60,897 nt of DNA, filler included, from 4 parts of 4 records of this genome joined end to end with filler, not necessarily neighbours in it, one strand, 5' to 3'. Shown: positions 1 to 10,218, counted from the first letter of the whole stretch. A program made the numbers and translations. Notes: a model not told the origin generated them from the letters alone.

Positions 1-71
1 TGGTAGACACAAGAGACTTAAAATCTCTCGGCCTTATGGCTGTGCCGGTTCGAGTCCGGCTACCCGCACCA
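1..71 (+). tRNA. tRNA-Leu (anticodon TAA), 5' end cut off by window start
   Basis: D-loop TGGTAGAC, anticodon arm AGAGA-CT-TAA-AA-TCTCT, long variable arm, T-arm GCCGG-TTCGAGT-CCGGC, 3' ACCA at 68-71. Confidence 0.93.
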
Positions 72-226
72 ACTTCTCCCTTCCGGTTCCTCCCTTCGCC
101 TTTTATTGCCGCCTTGAATCGCTTTCTGGTACTTTAATGCTTTAGTCTTATTCCTGCGGGAAAGCACGAATACCGGGGCAATAGCATAACGCCATAACAA
201 ACCTCGGATTCAGGGGGAAACGGTTA

Positions 227-3200
227 ATGACTGGGTTTCAGCATCTGTCCGTGCGGCTGAAGATTTTGTCCGTGGCGGGCTTGGGGATCTTCCTGTTCCT
301 CGCTTACTTCTTGTACAGCTACTACATCGCGGAAACCAATATTGATCATCTGCGCCAGGTGGAGAGCCACGACTTTCCGGTGCTGGAACTGGTCAACGCC
401 AACAATGTGGAATTCCTGGCGATCAGCGATGCCTTCGACGACGCCATCAGCCAGGCGGACGCCGGGCTGCTGGACGAGGCCCGGGAACGCTCCGACCGTT
501 TCCTGGAACGCCTCGGCGATATCGAGCGTCTCGACCCCACCCTGAGCGCGCCGGTGGACGATTTGCGCTCCGCCTTTATCACCTACATCACCGTCGCCAA
601 CGACACCGCCGCCGGGCTGGTCGAAAATCCCGGCGCGCGGGTCGATAGCTACGAAGCGCTCACCGAGATGCAGCGCCTGGAGCAGCAGTACACCGACGAG
701 CACGGCGCCTTCGAGCAACAGCGATATCAGAGCTTCCGCGATAACCTCAACGCCAGCCGCGAAGACAATAAAAGCACTCAGTTGATCGGCCTGGCCCTGG
801 GCAGCGTGGCGTTCACGCTGCTCGGCTTGATCGCCCTGCGGGTCACCCGTTCCATTACCCGCCCCCTGGAAGACGCCATGGGCGCCGCGGACAGCATCGC
901 CAGCGGCAACTGGGACACCGAGATCCGCAGCGACAGCCGTGACGAAACCGGCCACCTGATCCGCGCCATCCGCAAAATGCGCGACACCCTGAAAGCGCGC
1001 ACCGACGAGGACCGGCGTCAGGAGCAGCTGAAAAACCAGTTGTCCGAACTCAACGCCCTGATGCGCGGTGATCTGAGCATCGAACAGCTGGGCAACAATC
1101 TTCTCTCCTATGTGGTGCCCACCCTGGAAGCCCAGGTCGGCGCCTTCTATACCTTCGACACCGACAGCGAAACCCTGCGCCTTTCCAGCGCCTACGCCAT
1201 GCAGCGGCGCAAGCAGCTGGCCAACGAATTCCGTCTGGGCGAATCCCTGGTCGGGCAGAGCGCGCTGGAAAAGAAAACCATTATTCTCGAGCAGGTGCCC
1301 GAGGAGTACATGCTGGTGGGCTCCGGCACCGGCAACGCGGCACCGCGCAACGTCATGGTGCTGCCGATTCTTCACGACGATGAATTGAAAGGCGTGCTGG
1401 AAGTGGGCGCCTTTCAGTCGTTTTCCGAGTCCGACACCGCCTTCCTGGAGCAGGGTGCCGCCCTGATCGGCGTGGCCCTGCACAGCGCCCAGAACCGGCT
1501 GCGGCTGGCCGGCATGCTGGAGCAGACCCAGCAGCAGGCGCGCGCGCTGGAAGCGCAGAAAGAAGAGATGGCCCAGGTCAATCAGGACCTGGAAGAGCAG
1601 GCCATGGAGCTGTCCGCCTCCGAATCGCGCCTCCAGCAACAGCAGGAAGAACTGAAAGCGATCAACGAGGAACTGGAGTCCCAGACCCAGGCCCTGCGTG
1701 CCTCGGAGGAGTCCCTGCAGGCCCAGCAGGAAGAGCTGCGCGTCACCAACGAGGAACTGGAAGCCCAGGCCAAGGTGCTCGGCGAACAGAAAGCGGAAAT
1801 GGGGCAGAAGAACAAGGAACTGGAGCTGCTGCACCAGGAGCTGGAGGACAAGATCAAGGAGCTGGAGCTGTCCTCGAAGTACAAGTCCGAATTCCTCTCC
1901 ACCATGTCCCACGAGCTGCGCACGCCGCTGAACTCGATTCTGATTCTGTCCAACGCCCTGGGGCAGAACAAAAAAGGCAACCTGGACGACAAGCAGGTGG
2001 AGCACGCCCAGGTGATCCATTCCGCCGGCGCCGACCTGCTGTCGCTGATCAACGATATTCTGGATATTTCCAAGATCGAGGAAGGCAAGATGGACGTGAT
2101 GGTGGACGCCATCGCGCCGTCGGAGCTGTGCGATCACTTCCAGCGCCACTTCAGCCACATCGCCGAGAACCGCAACGTGGCCTTCCACGTGGCCCGCGGC
2201 GAGGGGCTGCCGGCCAGTTTCTATACCGACCGTCAGCGGCTCGAACAGATTCTGAAAAACCTGCTTTCCAACGCGCTCAAATTCACCGACGACGGCTCGG
2301 TGACCTTAAGCATCGAGCGCCCCGGCGAGGACGAGCGCATTCCCGGCCGCATGGACCGTGCCAGCACGCTTAAATTCGCGGTCACCGACACCGGCGTGGG
2401 CATCCCCGAGGACAAGCAAAAGCTGATCTTCGAGGCCTTCCAGCAGGCCGACGGCACCACCAGCCGCAAATACGGCGGCACCGGCCTGGGGCTGACCATC
2501 TCGCGGGAGCTGGCGCGTCTGCTGGGCGGCGAAATCAGCCTGCACAGCGACGGCCCCGGCACCGGCGCCACCTTCATGCTCTACCTGCCCGAAGGCCATG
2601 CCGGGCAGGGCGAGCAGGCGGACGACGGGGCGGCGCCGGCGGAACCAGTGGACATCGGCGCCAACGCCGAGGCGCACACCGCCGCCGATCTGCCGCTGGA
2701 AGGCCAGGACGACGACGGCTTCGTGGTCCGCGAAAAGACCGTGCTGGTGGTCGAGGACGACGGCGAGTTCGCCAACGTACTGGTGGACCTGGCGGCGGAT
2801 TACGGCCTGGAAAGCCACATCTGTCACGACGGTGAAACCGGTCTCGAGTACGCGCGCCGCTACCGGCCCAGCGCCATTATTCTCGATATCGGGCTGCCCG
2901 GCATCGACGGCTGGGAGGTGATGGAGAAGCTCAAGGCGGACGCCCGCACCCAGGATATTCCGGTGCACTTTCTGTCCGGCAAGGACGAGCGCAAGAAGGC
3001 GCTCGATCTGGGCGCCATCGACTTCCTCGCCAAGCCGGTCAGCCAGGAGCAGATGCTCAGCGCCTTCGCCAAGATCGAGACCGCCATCGAGACCAATGTG
3101 CGGCGCCTGCTGGTGGTGGAGGACAGCGCCATCCAGCATGAAAGCATCCGCGAGCTGTTCGACCAGAAGGGCGTGCAGATCACCGCCGTCACCAGCGGCG

Positions 3201-3904
3201 AGGCGGCGTTGAAAGCCCTCGGTGAAACCGTCTACGACTGCATGATTCTGGACCTGACCCTGCCGGACATGAGCGGCTTCGAACTGCTCGAGCGGCTGCA
3301 CGGCAACGACGCCTACGAGGCGGTGCCGGTGGTGATCTACACCGGCAAGGACCTGACCCGCGACGAGGAAGCGCGGCTGCGCAAGTACGCCGACCGCATC
3401 ATCCTCAAGACCGAACGCTCCCACGAACGGCTGCTCAACGAGGCGTCGCTGTTCCTGCACTGGCTGGAGTCCACCTTGCCCGCCCACCGGCGCGGCAACC
3501 CGGAGCTGATCGAACACCGCGACGACATTTTCGAGGGCAAGAAACTGCTGCTGGTGGACGACGACATGCGCAATATCTATGCGCTGTCCGCCCAGCTGGA
3601 AGAGCTGGGCTTCGATATCCACCTCGCCAACAACGGCCGCGAAGCCCTGGAAGCGTTGGACGAAAGCCCGGACTTCGACATTGTCCTAATGGACATCATG
3701 ATGCCGGAAATGGACGGCTACGAAGCGATGGCGCATATCCGCAGCCAGCCGCGCTTCGCGGCGCTGCCGGTGCTGGCGCTCACCGCCAAGGCGATGAAGG
3801 ACGACCGCGCCAAGTGCCTGGACGCCGGCGCCAACGATTACTGCTCCAAACCCATCGACATGAGCAAGCTGACCTCGCTGATGCGGGTCTGGCTGCATAA
3901 ATAG
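227..3904 (+). CDS. Membrane hybrid sensor histidine kinase (2 TM, periplasmic domain, HAMP, GAF, Q/E-rich coiled coil, HisKA, HATPase, three receiver domains)
   Basis: H-box FLSTMSHELRTPLNSIL, N-box QILKNLLSNALKFT, G1 DTGVGI, G2 GGTGLGL; three REC domains (IILDIGLP, MILDLTLP, VLMDIMMP); HAMP SITRPL..DETGHL. Confidence 0.93.
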   Translation: MTGFQHLSVRLKILSVAGLGIFLFLAYFLYSYYIAETNIDHLRQVESHDFPVLELVNANNVEFLAISDAFDDAISQADAGLLDEARERSDRFLERLGDIERLDPTLSAPVDDLRSAFITYITVANDTAAGLVENPGARVDSYEALTEMQRLEQQYTDEHGAFEQQRYQSFRDNLNASREDNKSTQLIGLALGSVAFTLLGLIALRVTRSITRPLEDAMGAADSIASGNWDTEIRSDSRDETGHLIRAIRKMRDTLKARTDEDRRQEQLKNQLSELNALMRGDLSIEQLGNNLLSYVVPTLEAQVGAFYTFDTDSETLRLSSAYAMQRRKQLANEFRLGESLVGQSALEKKTIILEQVPEEYMLVGSGTGNAAPRNVMVLPILHDDELKGVLEVGAFQSFSESDTAFLEQGAALIGVALHSAQNRLRLAGMLEQTQQQARALEAQKEEMAQVNQDLEEQAMELSASESRLQQQQEELKAINEELESQTQALRASEESLQAQQEELRVTNEELEAQAKVLGEQKAEMGQKNKELELLHQELEDKIKELELSSKYKSEFLSTMSHELRTPLNSILILSNALGQNKKGNLDDKQVEHAQVIHSAGADLLSLINDILDISKIEEGKMDVMVDAIAPSELCDHFQRHFSHIAENRNVAFHVARGEGLPASFYTDRQRLEQILKNLLSNALKFTDDGSVTLSIERPGEDERIPGRMDRASTLKFAVTDTGVGIPEDKQKLIFEAFQQADGTTSRKYGGTGLGLTISRELARLLGGEISLHSDGPGTGATFMLYLPEGHAGQGEQADDGAAPAEPVDIGANAEAHTAADLPLEGQDDDGFVVREKTVLVVEDDGEFANVLVDLAADYGLESHICHDGETGLEYARRYRPSAIILDIGLPGIDGWEVMEKLKADARTQDIPVHFLSGKDERKKALDLGAIDFLAKPVSQEQMLSAFAKIETAIETNVRRLLVVEDSAIQHESIRELFDQKGVQITAVTSGEAALKALGETVYDCMILDLTLPDMSGFELLERLHGNDAYEAVPVVIYTGKDLTRDEEARLRKYADRIILKTERSHERLLNEASLFLHWLESTLPAHRRGNPELIEHRDDIFEGKKLLLVDDDMRNIYALSAQLEELGFDIHLANNGREALEALDESPDFDIVLMDIMMPEMDGYEAMAHIRSQPRFAALPVLALTAKAMKDDRAKCLDAGANDYCSKPIDMSKLTSLMRVWLHK

Positions 3905-3906
3905 GA

Positions 3907-4779
3907 GTGCCCGCAGTGGAACCGCAGCCGGCGATCAGCGATGAACAGGTGCAAGTGGAGGATATCGAGATCCGGCTGCTGCTGGAGGCGATCTACCAGC
4001 TCTACGGCTACGATTTCCGCTCCTACAGCCCGGCCTCCATGCGCCGGCGCATCATGCACCGGCTCACCATGTCCGGCTTTTCCACGGTGCTGGAGATGAC
4101 CGACCGGGTGCTGCGCGACCGGCAGTTCTTCGTCACGCTGCTCAACGACCTCACCGTCAACGTCACCGAGATGTTCCGCGACCCGGAATTCTACAAGGCG
4201 TTCCGCGAGGAAGTGGTGCCGGTGCTGAAAACCTTTCCGTTCATCAAGATCTGGCACGCGGGTTGCTCCACCGGCGAGGAAATCTACTCAATGGCCATTC
4301 TTCTTGAGGAAGAGGGGCTCTACGAGCGCGCCATGCTGTACGCCACGGACATCGACAAGAACGTCCTGGCGGCGGCCAAGAAAGGCATCTATCCGATCCA
4401 TGCGTTCAAGCAGTACACGGACAATTACCGCCGCGCCGGCGGCCGTCAGTCGCTCAGTGACTACGCCACCGCCCGCTATGACAGCGTCATCATGGAGCAA
4501 CGCCTGAAACGCAATATCGTGTTCGCCGATCATGATCTGGCCACTGATCAGGTGTTCGGTGAAATGCATGTGATACTCTGCCGCAACGTTTTGATTTACT
4601 TTGACCGGCCCCTGCAACAGCGCGTGTTCAAGCTGTTCGGAGAAAGCCTGGATATGGGCGGCTTTCTGTGCCTGGGTACCAAGGAAAGTCTGCGTTTCAG
4701 CGGCAATGAAGAGTCGTTCGACGTGGTTAACCGATCACTGCGGATTTTCCGTAAAAGACAAATGCGTCCCAACGCATAA
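3907..4779 (+). CDS. cheR: CheR-type protein-glutamate O-methyltransferase (start may be GTG 3916, which has AGGAG 8 nt upstream)
   Basis: YGYDFRSY, TVNVTEMFRD, IWHAGCSTGEEIYS, ATDID, ILCRNVLIYF motifs. Confidence 0.93.
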   Translation: MPAVEPQPAISDEQVQVEDIEIRLLLEAIYQLYGYDFRSYSPASMRRRIMHRLTMSGFSTVLEMTDRVLRDRQFFVTLLNDLTVNVTEMFRDPEFYKAFREEVVPVLKTFPFIKIWHAGCSTGEEIYSMAILLEEEGLYERAMLYATDIDKNVLAAAKKGIYPIHAFKQYTDNYRRAGGRQSLSDYATARYDSVIMEQRLKRNIVFADHDLATDQVFGEMHVILCRNVLIYFDRPLQQRVFKLFGESLDMGGFLCLGTKESLRFSGNEESFDVVNRSLRIFRKRQMRPNA

Positions 4780-4801
4780 CAGACACGCTTAATCGAGAAT
4801 A

Positions 4802-5275
4802 ATGATGATCGAGCAGAAACTGCTGTTGGTTGATGATCAACCCGCCAACCTGGTCTCCCTGGAAGCGATTCTGGAGGATGAGGGGCGCACGCTGTTGAAG
4901 GCCGAGTCCGGCCAGGAAGCGCTCAAAATTCTGCTCAAGGAAGACGTCTCCCTGGTGCTTCTGGATGTGCAGATGCCCGGCATGGACGGCTTCGAGGTGG
5001 CGGAATTGATGCGTCAGCGCAAGGACACCCAGACCATTCCCATTATCTTCGTCACGGCGATCAGCAAAGAGAAGAAATACGTGTTCAAGGGCTATCAGGC
5101 GGGCGCCGTGGACTACCTGTTCAAACCGCTGGACCCGCTGATCCTCAAGAGCAAGGTGAATTTTTTCCTGGAGCTGGACCGGCAGCGCCGCGAGTTGCAG
5201 GTGAAACTCAAGGAGGCCCAGGCGCACCGGGCCGCCTATGAGGCGGAGAAGCGCAATCGCGGCCAGGGGGAGTAA
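4802..5275 (+). CDS. Single-domain response regulator with short C-terminal coiled coil
   Basis: LLVDD, LLDVQMPGMDG, FVTA, YLFKP receiver motifs; no output domain. Confidence 0.9.
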   Translation: MMIEQKLLLVDDQPANLVSLEAILEDEGRTLLKAESGQEALKILLKEDVSLVLLDVQMPGMDGFEVAELMRQRKDTQTIPIIFVTAISKEKKYVFKGYQAGAVDYLFKPLDPLILKSKVNFFLELDRQRRELQVKLKEAQAHRAAYEAEKRNRGQGE

Positions 5276-5890
5276 GTGCCCGGCGCGACGCCCGTTAAAG
5301 CGGTCGTTATGGGGGCATCCTGGGGTGGCTTGAACGCCTATTCCTCGGTGCTCGCCAGCTTGCCTGAAGGCTTTCCCGCGGCCATCATGTTGGTCCAGCA
5401 CCAGAACGCCAGCACCGAGAACAGGCTGGCCTGGCTGCTGGCCCGCTACAGCCGGCTGCCGGTGGTGGCACCGGAAGACAAAGAGCGCATCCGGCCCGGG
5501 CACGTCTATGTGGCGCCGCCCGGCTACCATATGCTGGTGGACGCGGACGAAACCATTGCGTTGTCCATGTACCGGGCGGTGCATTTCTCCCGGCCGTCGA
5601 TTGACGAGTTGTTCTTTTCGGCGGGCCACGTGTATGGCAAAAAGGTGATCGGGGTGATCCTCACCGGCGCCAACGAAGACGGCTCCGAGGGTCTGGACTA
5701 TATACGCCGCCGCGGCGGGCTGACCCTGGCTCAGTCGCCGCAGAGCAGCGAGGCGCCGGCCATGCCGGAAGCCGCGATAACAAAGGGATCGGTGCGGGAA
5801 GTGCTGGATCTGGAACGCATCGGCCCGTATCTGGCGGAATTCTTGATTGGGTTGCAAGATGAAAAAACAGAACATCCTGGTCGTCGATGA
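5276..5890 (+). CDS. cheB: CheB-type methylesterase, catalytic domain only (no receiver)
   Basis: GASWGG (Ser), VQH (His), GVILTGANEDG (Asp), YVAPPGYHML, SRPSID. Confidence 0.9.
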   Translation: MPGATPVKAVVMGASWGGLNAYSSVLASLPEGFPAAIMLVQHQNASTENRLAWLLARYSRLPVVAPEDKERIRPGHVYVAPPGYHMLVDADETIALSMYRAVHFSRPSIDELFFSAGHVYGKKVIGVILTGANEDGSEGLDYIRRRGGLTLAQSPQSSEAPAMPEAAITKGSVREVLDLERIGPYLAEFLIGLQDEKTEHPGRR

Positions 5891-6974
5891 TCACCGGGAG
5901 AACCTGATCGCCATGGAGGCGTTGCTGGAGGCCGAGGACCGCAACCTGGTCATGGCCGGCTCCGGCAACGAGGCCCTGGCGTTGGCGCTCAAGCACGATT
6001 TCGCGCTGGTCCTGCTCGACGTACAGATGCCGGAGATGGACGGCTTCGAGGTGGCGCAGCTGATGCGCCAGAACCGCAAGACCCGGCACATCCCGATTAT
6101 CTTCGTCACCGCCATCTCCAAGGAACAGAAGTACGTGTTCGAGGGCTACCGGCACGGCGCCGTGGACTATTTGTTCAAGCCCGTCGATGAACAGATTCTC
6201 GATGCCAAGGTCAATGTGTTTATGGAGCTGGACCGCCAGCGGCGTAAGCTGCAACAGGCGGTGGTGCAGATGAAGCGCCTCAAGGACGAGAACGAGCGCC
6301 TTCTGCACGCCCTCGGCGAGTCGGTGGTGGGCGCCGACGCCGACGGCCAGGTGACCTTTTGCAATGAATCCGCCTGCGCGCTGCTGAACGTGGAGCGCGA
6401 CACCCTGCTGGGCACACCGGTGACGCCGCTGCTGTTCGGCCAGGGGGAATGGCGGGATTCGCAGGTTCTGGCCCGCTGCGCCGAGGGGCGGCACTGGGAA
6501 GGCGACCTGGATGTGTACCCGTCCGGCGACGATGAGCCGGTGCCGCTGCGGGTGCACGCCAACCCGGTGCTGCGCGAGGGCGGCGAGTTCACCGGGGTGG
6601 TGTTCATGCTGCGGCCGCGGGAAGCGGAGGCCGGCGACGACCGCCGCGAGCGCCGCCGCCACCCGCGCAAGCGCATGTTTCATGAACTGGTGGTGTTCGA
6701 CCGCAGCACCGGTGGTAACGTGGGCCGGCTGACCAACCTGAGCGTCGGCGGCTTCAAGCTGTCGTTGCGGCGGGACGTGGCGCCCAGCGAGCAGCTGCAA
6801 TTGGGGATGGTGCTTCCGGACCAGATCGGTGGCGTCAACACGATGAGCTTCAACGCCAGGGTGGTGTGGAGCGAGGCACTGGACGAGCCGGGGGAATACC
6901 ACGCCGGTTTTCAGTTCCTGGATCTCTCCGACAGCAACGGCGAGATCGTGGAAATACTTATGGAAAGGTATTGA
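5859..6974 (+). CDS. REC-PAS-PilZ domain response regulator
   Basis: N-terminal receiver (LLDVQMPEMDG), PAS-like ESVVGADADGQVTFCN, C-terminal PilZ motifs RRHPR and NLSVGG; ATG at 5859. Confidence 0.85.
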   Translation: MKKQNILVVDDHRENLIAMEALLEAEDRNLVMAGSGNEALALALKHDFALVLLDVQMPEMDGFEVAQLMRQNRKTRHIPIIFVTAISKEQKYVFEGYRHGAVDYLFKPVDEQILDAKVNVFMELDRQRRKLQQAVVQMKRLKDENERLLHALGESVVGADADGQVTFCNESACALLNVERDTLLGTPVTPLLFGQGEWRDSQVLARCAEGRHWEGDLDVYPSGDDEPVPLRVHANPVLREGGEFTGVVFMLRPREAEAGDDRRERRRHPRKRMFHELVVFDRSTGGNVGRLTNLSVGGFKLSLRRDVAPSEQLQLGMVLPDQIGGVNTMSFNARVVWSEALDEPGEYHAGFQFLDLSDSNGEIVEILMERY

Positions 6975-6977
6975 TGT

Positions 6978-8489
6978 ATGAGTGAAGCAGTCATGGAGCA
7001 GTCCGAGCTGCCGGAAGTGGGCGACGGCCCGCTGCTGTTGCCCTACGGCTACGCCCGCCGGTTCGGTGTGCTGCTGCGGGAAAAAGACGGCCGGCGTGAA
7101 CTCTGTTGCCGCGACGACGTGTCGCTGTCGGCGGTGGCCGAGGTGCAGCGCTGGCTGGGTGGGCTGCCCGCCATCGTGCGGCTGGACGACGGCGCCTTCA
7201 GCGCCGCCATGGCGATCACCTACGAGCAGCAGCGCGGCGCCGCCGCCGAGGCCGCCGACAACCTGGAAGGCCTGGACCTGGCCAGCCTGGCGGACTCGCT
7301 GCCGGAGACCTCGGACCTGCTGGAGCAGGAAGACGACGCCCCCATCATCCGGCTGATCAACGCCCTGTTCCAGGAAGCGATCCGCGAGGACGCCTCCGAC
7401 ATTCACATCGAAACCTTCGAACGCCGCCTGGTGGTACGCATGCGGGTGGACGGGGTGCTGCGCGAGGTGCTCACCCCCAAACGCGAGCTGGCGCCGCTGC
7501 TGGTGTCGCGCATCAAGGTCATGGCGCGCCTGGACATCGCCGAGAAGCGGATCCCCCAGGACGGCCGCATCTCCCTGCGCCTGGGCGGCCGGGACGTGGA
7601 CGTGCGGGTCTCCACCATGCCCTCCAGCAACGGCGAGCGGGTGGTGCTGCGTCTGCTCGACAAGCAGGCCGGCCGCCTGCAGGTCTCCCATCTGGGCATG
7701 GGCGACGTCTGCGACCAGCACATGCGCGAGCTGATCCACAAGCCGCACGGCATCATCCTGGTCACCGGCCCCACCGGTTCCGGTAAGACCACCACGTTGT
7801 ATGCCTCGCTCACCGAGCTCAACGACAGCACCCGCAACATCCTCACCGTGGAAGACCCGATCGAATACCAACTGGAGGGCATCGGCCAGACCCAGGTGAA
7901 CACCAAGGTGGACATGACCTTCGCCCGCGGTCTGCGCGCCATTCTCCGCCAGGACCCGGACGTGGTGATGGTGGGCGAGATCCGCGACCTGGAAACCGCC
8001 GAGATCGCGGTGCAGGCGTCCCTCACCGGTCACCTGGTACTGTCCACCCTGCACACCAACACCGCGGTGGGCGCGGTGACCCGGCTGCAGGACATGGGCA
8101 TCGAGTCGTTCCTGCTTTCAAGCTCGCTGCTCGGGGCCCTGGCCCAGCGCCTGGTGCGGGTGCTGTGTCCGGACTGCAAGCGTCCCTACCAGCCCAGTGA
8201 AAGCGAACGCCGCATGCTCGGCCTGGCCCCGGACCAGGACGTGACCCTGTACCACCCGGAGGGCTGCGAGACCTGTAACCACCAGGGCTACCGGGGCCGT
8301 ACCGGCATCTACGAGCTGGTGATCATCGACGACGCCATGCGCGAACTGATCCACGAACGCGCCGGCGAGCTGGAGATCACGCGGCACGCCCGCAAGCTGA
8401 CCCCCAGTATCCGCGAGGACGGCTGGCGCAAGGTGCTGGCCGGCGACACCAGCATCGAAGAAGTACTGCGCGTCACCAAGGAAGACTGA
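6978..8489 (+). CDS. gspE: Type II secretion ATPase GspE
   Basis: ASDIHIE, Walker [32 protein letters not shown] zinc motif. Confidence 0.96.
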   Translation: MSEAVMEQSELPEVGDGPLLLPYGYARRFGVLLREKDGRRELCCRDDVSLSAVAEVQRWLGGLPAIVRLDDGAFSAAMAITYEQQRGAAAEAADNLEGLDLASLADSLPETSDLLEQEDDAPIIRLINALFQEAIREDASDIHIETFERRLVVRMRVDGVLREVLTPKRELAPLLVSRIKVMARLDIAEKRIPQDGRISLRLGGRDVDVRVSTMPSSNGERVVLRLLDKQAGRLQVSHLGMGDVCDQHMRELIHKPHGIILVTGPTGSGKTTTLYASLTELNDSTRNILTVEDPIEYQLEGIGQTQVNTKVDMTFARGLRAILRQDPDVVMVGEIRDLETAEIAVQASLTGHLVLSTLHTNTAVGAVTRLQDMGIESFLLSSSLLGALAQRLVRVLCPDCKRPYQPSESERRMLGLAPDQDVTLYHPEGCETCNHQGYRGRTGIYELVIIDDAMRELIHERAGELEITRHARKLTPSIREDGWRKVLAGDTSIEEVLRVTKED

Positions 8490-9712
8490 TGCCCGCTTTT
8501 GAATTCCGCTCCCTGGATCACCGGGGCAAAGTAAAACGTGGCACCCTGGAGGCGGACAGCGCCCGCCATGTGCGCCAGCAGCTGCGCGGCAAGGGCTGGG
8601 TGCCGCTGGAGGTGTCCGAGGCCAAGGACCACCAGTCCGGGGGCGGTCTGTCGGCGCGCCTGTCCGGCACCGGCAAGCTCAAGGGCGGCGAACAGGCGCT
8701 GATCACCCGGCAGATGGCCACTCTGTTGAAATCCGGCCTGCCGGTGGAGCAGGCCCTGGGCGCGGTGGCCAAGCAGGCCGGCAACCCGCGCGTGGAAAAA
8801 ATCGTCATGGCGGTGCGCGGCAAGGTGCTGGAGGGCTTCAGCCTGGCGCGGGCGCTGGCCGAATACCCGCGCGCCTTCCCGGAAATGTACCGCGCCACCG
8901 TGGCGGCCGGGGAGCAGAGTGGCCACCTGGAGCAGGTGCTGGAGCAGCTCGCCGACTACCTGGAAACCCGCGACGACACCGGCCGATCCGTCAGTCAGGC
9001 GATGATCTATCCCGCCTTCATTATGACATTTTCGGTTCTTATCATCGGTTTCCTGATGGCGTTTGTGGTGCCCAAGATGGTGGCCGTGTTCGACAATCGG
9101 GAACAGGCCATGCCTTTTATCACCGTGGCGGTGATCGCGCTCAGCGATTTCGTGCGCGCCTGGGGCTGGCTGCTGGCGCTGGTGGTGGTGGGCGCCGTGG
9201 TGGCGTTCTCCCGTGCCATGCGCGAACCGGCGTTCAAAATGCGTGTTCACCGCCGGCTGGCGGCCCTGCCTATGATCGGCACCATGATGCGTGCCTCCGA
9301 CAGCGCCCGCCTGGCCAGCACGCTCGGGATTCTCGGCCGCTCCGGCGTGCCGCTGGTGGACGCCCTGTTCATCGCCGCCCAGGTGGTCGGCAACCTGGCC
9401 ATCCGCGAAGCGGTGGTGACCGCCGCCGCCCGGGTGCGCGAAGGGGGCAGCCTGAGCCGGGCCCTGGAAACCAGCGGCTACTTCCCGCCCATGCTGGTGC
9501 AGATGATCGCCAGCGGCGAGACCAGCGGCGAGCTCGACAACATGCTCAGCCGGGCCGCCGACTACCAGGAACGGGAACTCACCAGTACGGTCCAAACCAT
9601 GGTGGGGTTGCTGGGCCCGTTGATGCTGTTGACCATGGCCGGGTTCGTGATTCTCATTGTTCTGGCGGTGATGCTGCCTATCATGCAGATGAACAATTTC
9701 ATGGCGGGCTGA
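8489..9712 (+). CDS. gspF: Type II secretion inner-membrane protein GspF
   Basis: TRQMATLLKSGLP, AGEQSGHL, GETSGELDNML, three TM segments. Confidence 0.95.
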   Translation: MPAFEFRSLDHRGKVKRGTLEADSARHVRQQLRGKGWVPLEVSEAKDHQSGGGLSARLSGTGKLKGGEQALITRQMATLLKSGLPVEQALGAVAKQAGNPRVEKIVMAVRGKVLEGFSLARALAEYPRAFPEMYRATVAAGEQSGHLEQVLEQLADYLETRDDTGRSVSQAMIYPAFIMTFSVLIIGFLMAFVVPKMVAVFDNREQAMPFITVAVIALSDFVRAWGWLLALVVVGAVVAFSRAMREPAFKMRVHRRLAALPMIGTMMRASDSARLASTLGILGRSGVPLVDALFIAAQVVGNLAIREAVVTAAARVREGGSLSRALETSGYFPPMLVQMIASGETSGELDNMLSRAADYQERELTSTVQTMVGLLGPLMLLTMAGFVILIVLAVMLPIMQMNNFMAG

Positions 9713-9786
9713 CCCGCCGGCAAGAAGAAAAAGCGCAATCCCCAAAAACAAGGAAGTGACTTCCAGACAACACGAAAAGGTGTCTC

Positions 9787-10218
9787 ATGAAAAAGATGCA
9801 ACGCACCCAGAGCGGTTTCACGCTGCTGGAAATCATGGTGGTAGTGGCCATTATCGGTCTGCTCGCCGCAATGATCGTGCCCAATGTGATCGGGCAGGGG
9901 GAACAGGCCAAGGTGGACATCGCCAAGACCAATATGTCGCGGGTGGTCCAGCAGCTTGATATGTACAAGTTCAACAACGGCACTTACCCGTCCACCGAAG
10001 AGGGCATCAACGCCCTGGTGGAGCGCTCCGCTTCGGCCCGCAAGTGGCCCGAGGGCGGTTACCTGCCGAGCGTGCCGGAAGATCCCTGGGGCAATGAGTA
10101 CGTGTACATCAGCCCCGGCGTGGACGGCCCGTTCGACCTGTATTCGCTGGGCGCCGACGGCGCGGAAGGCGGCGAGGGCACCGACGCGGACATCAGCTGG
10201 CGCGATAGCGACAACTGA
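9787..10218 (+). CDS. gspG: Type II secretion major pseudopilin GspG
   Basis: Prepilin site G/FTLLEIMVV, YPSTEEG, DPWGNEY, SLGADG. Confidence 0.95.
   Translation: MKKMQRTQSGFTLLEIMVVVAIIGLLAAMIVPNVIGQGEQAKVDIAKTNMSRVVQQLDMYKFNNGTYPSTEEGINALVERSASARKWPEGGYLPSVPEDPWGNEYVYISPGVDGPFDLYSLGADGAEGGEGTDADISWRDSDN

Noticed and set aside
1-226. tRNA-Leu 3' end as an integration site for an island carrying the signalling cluster
   Set aside because: No integrase, no repeated tRNA 3' end seen downstream, and no compositional break relative to gsp or metH
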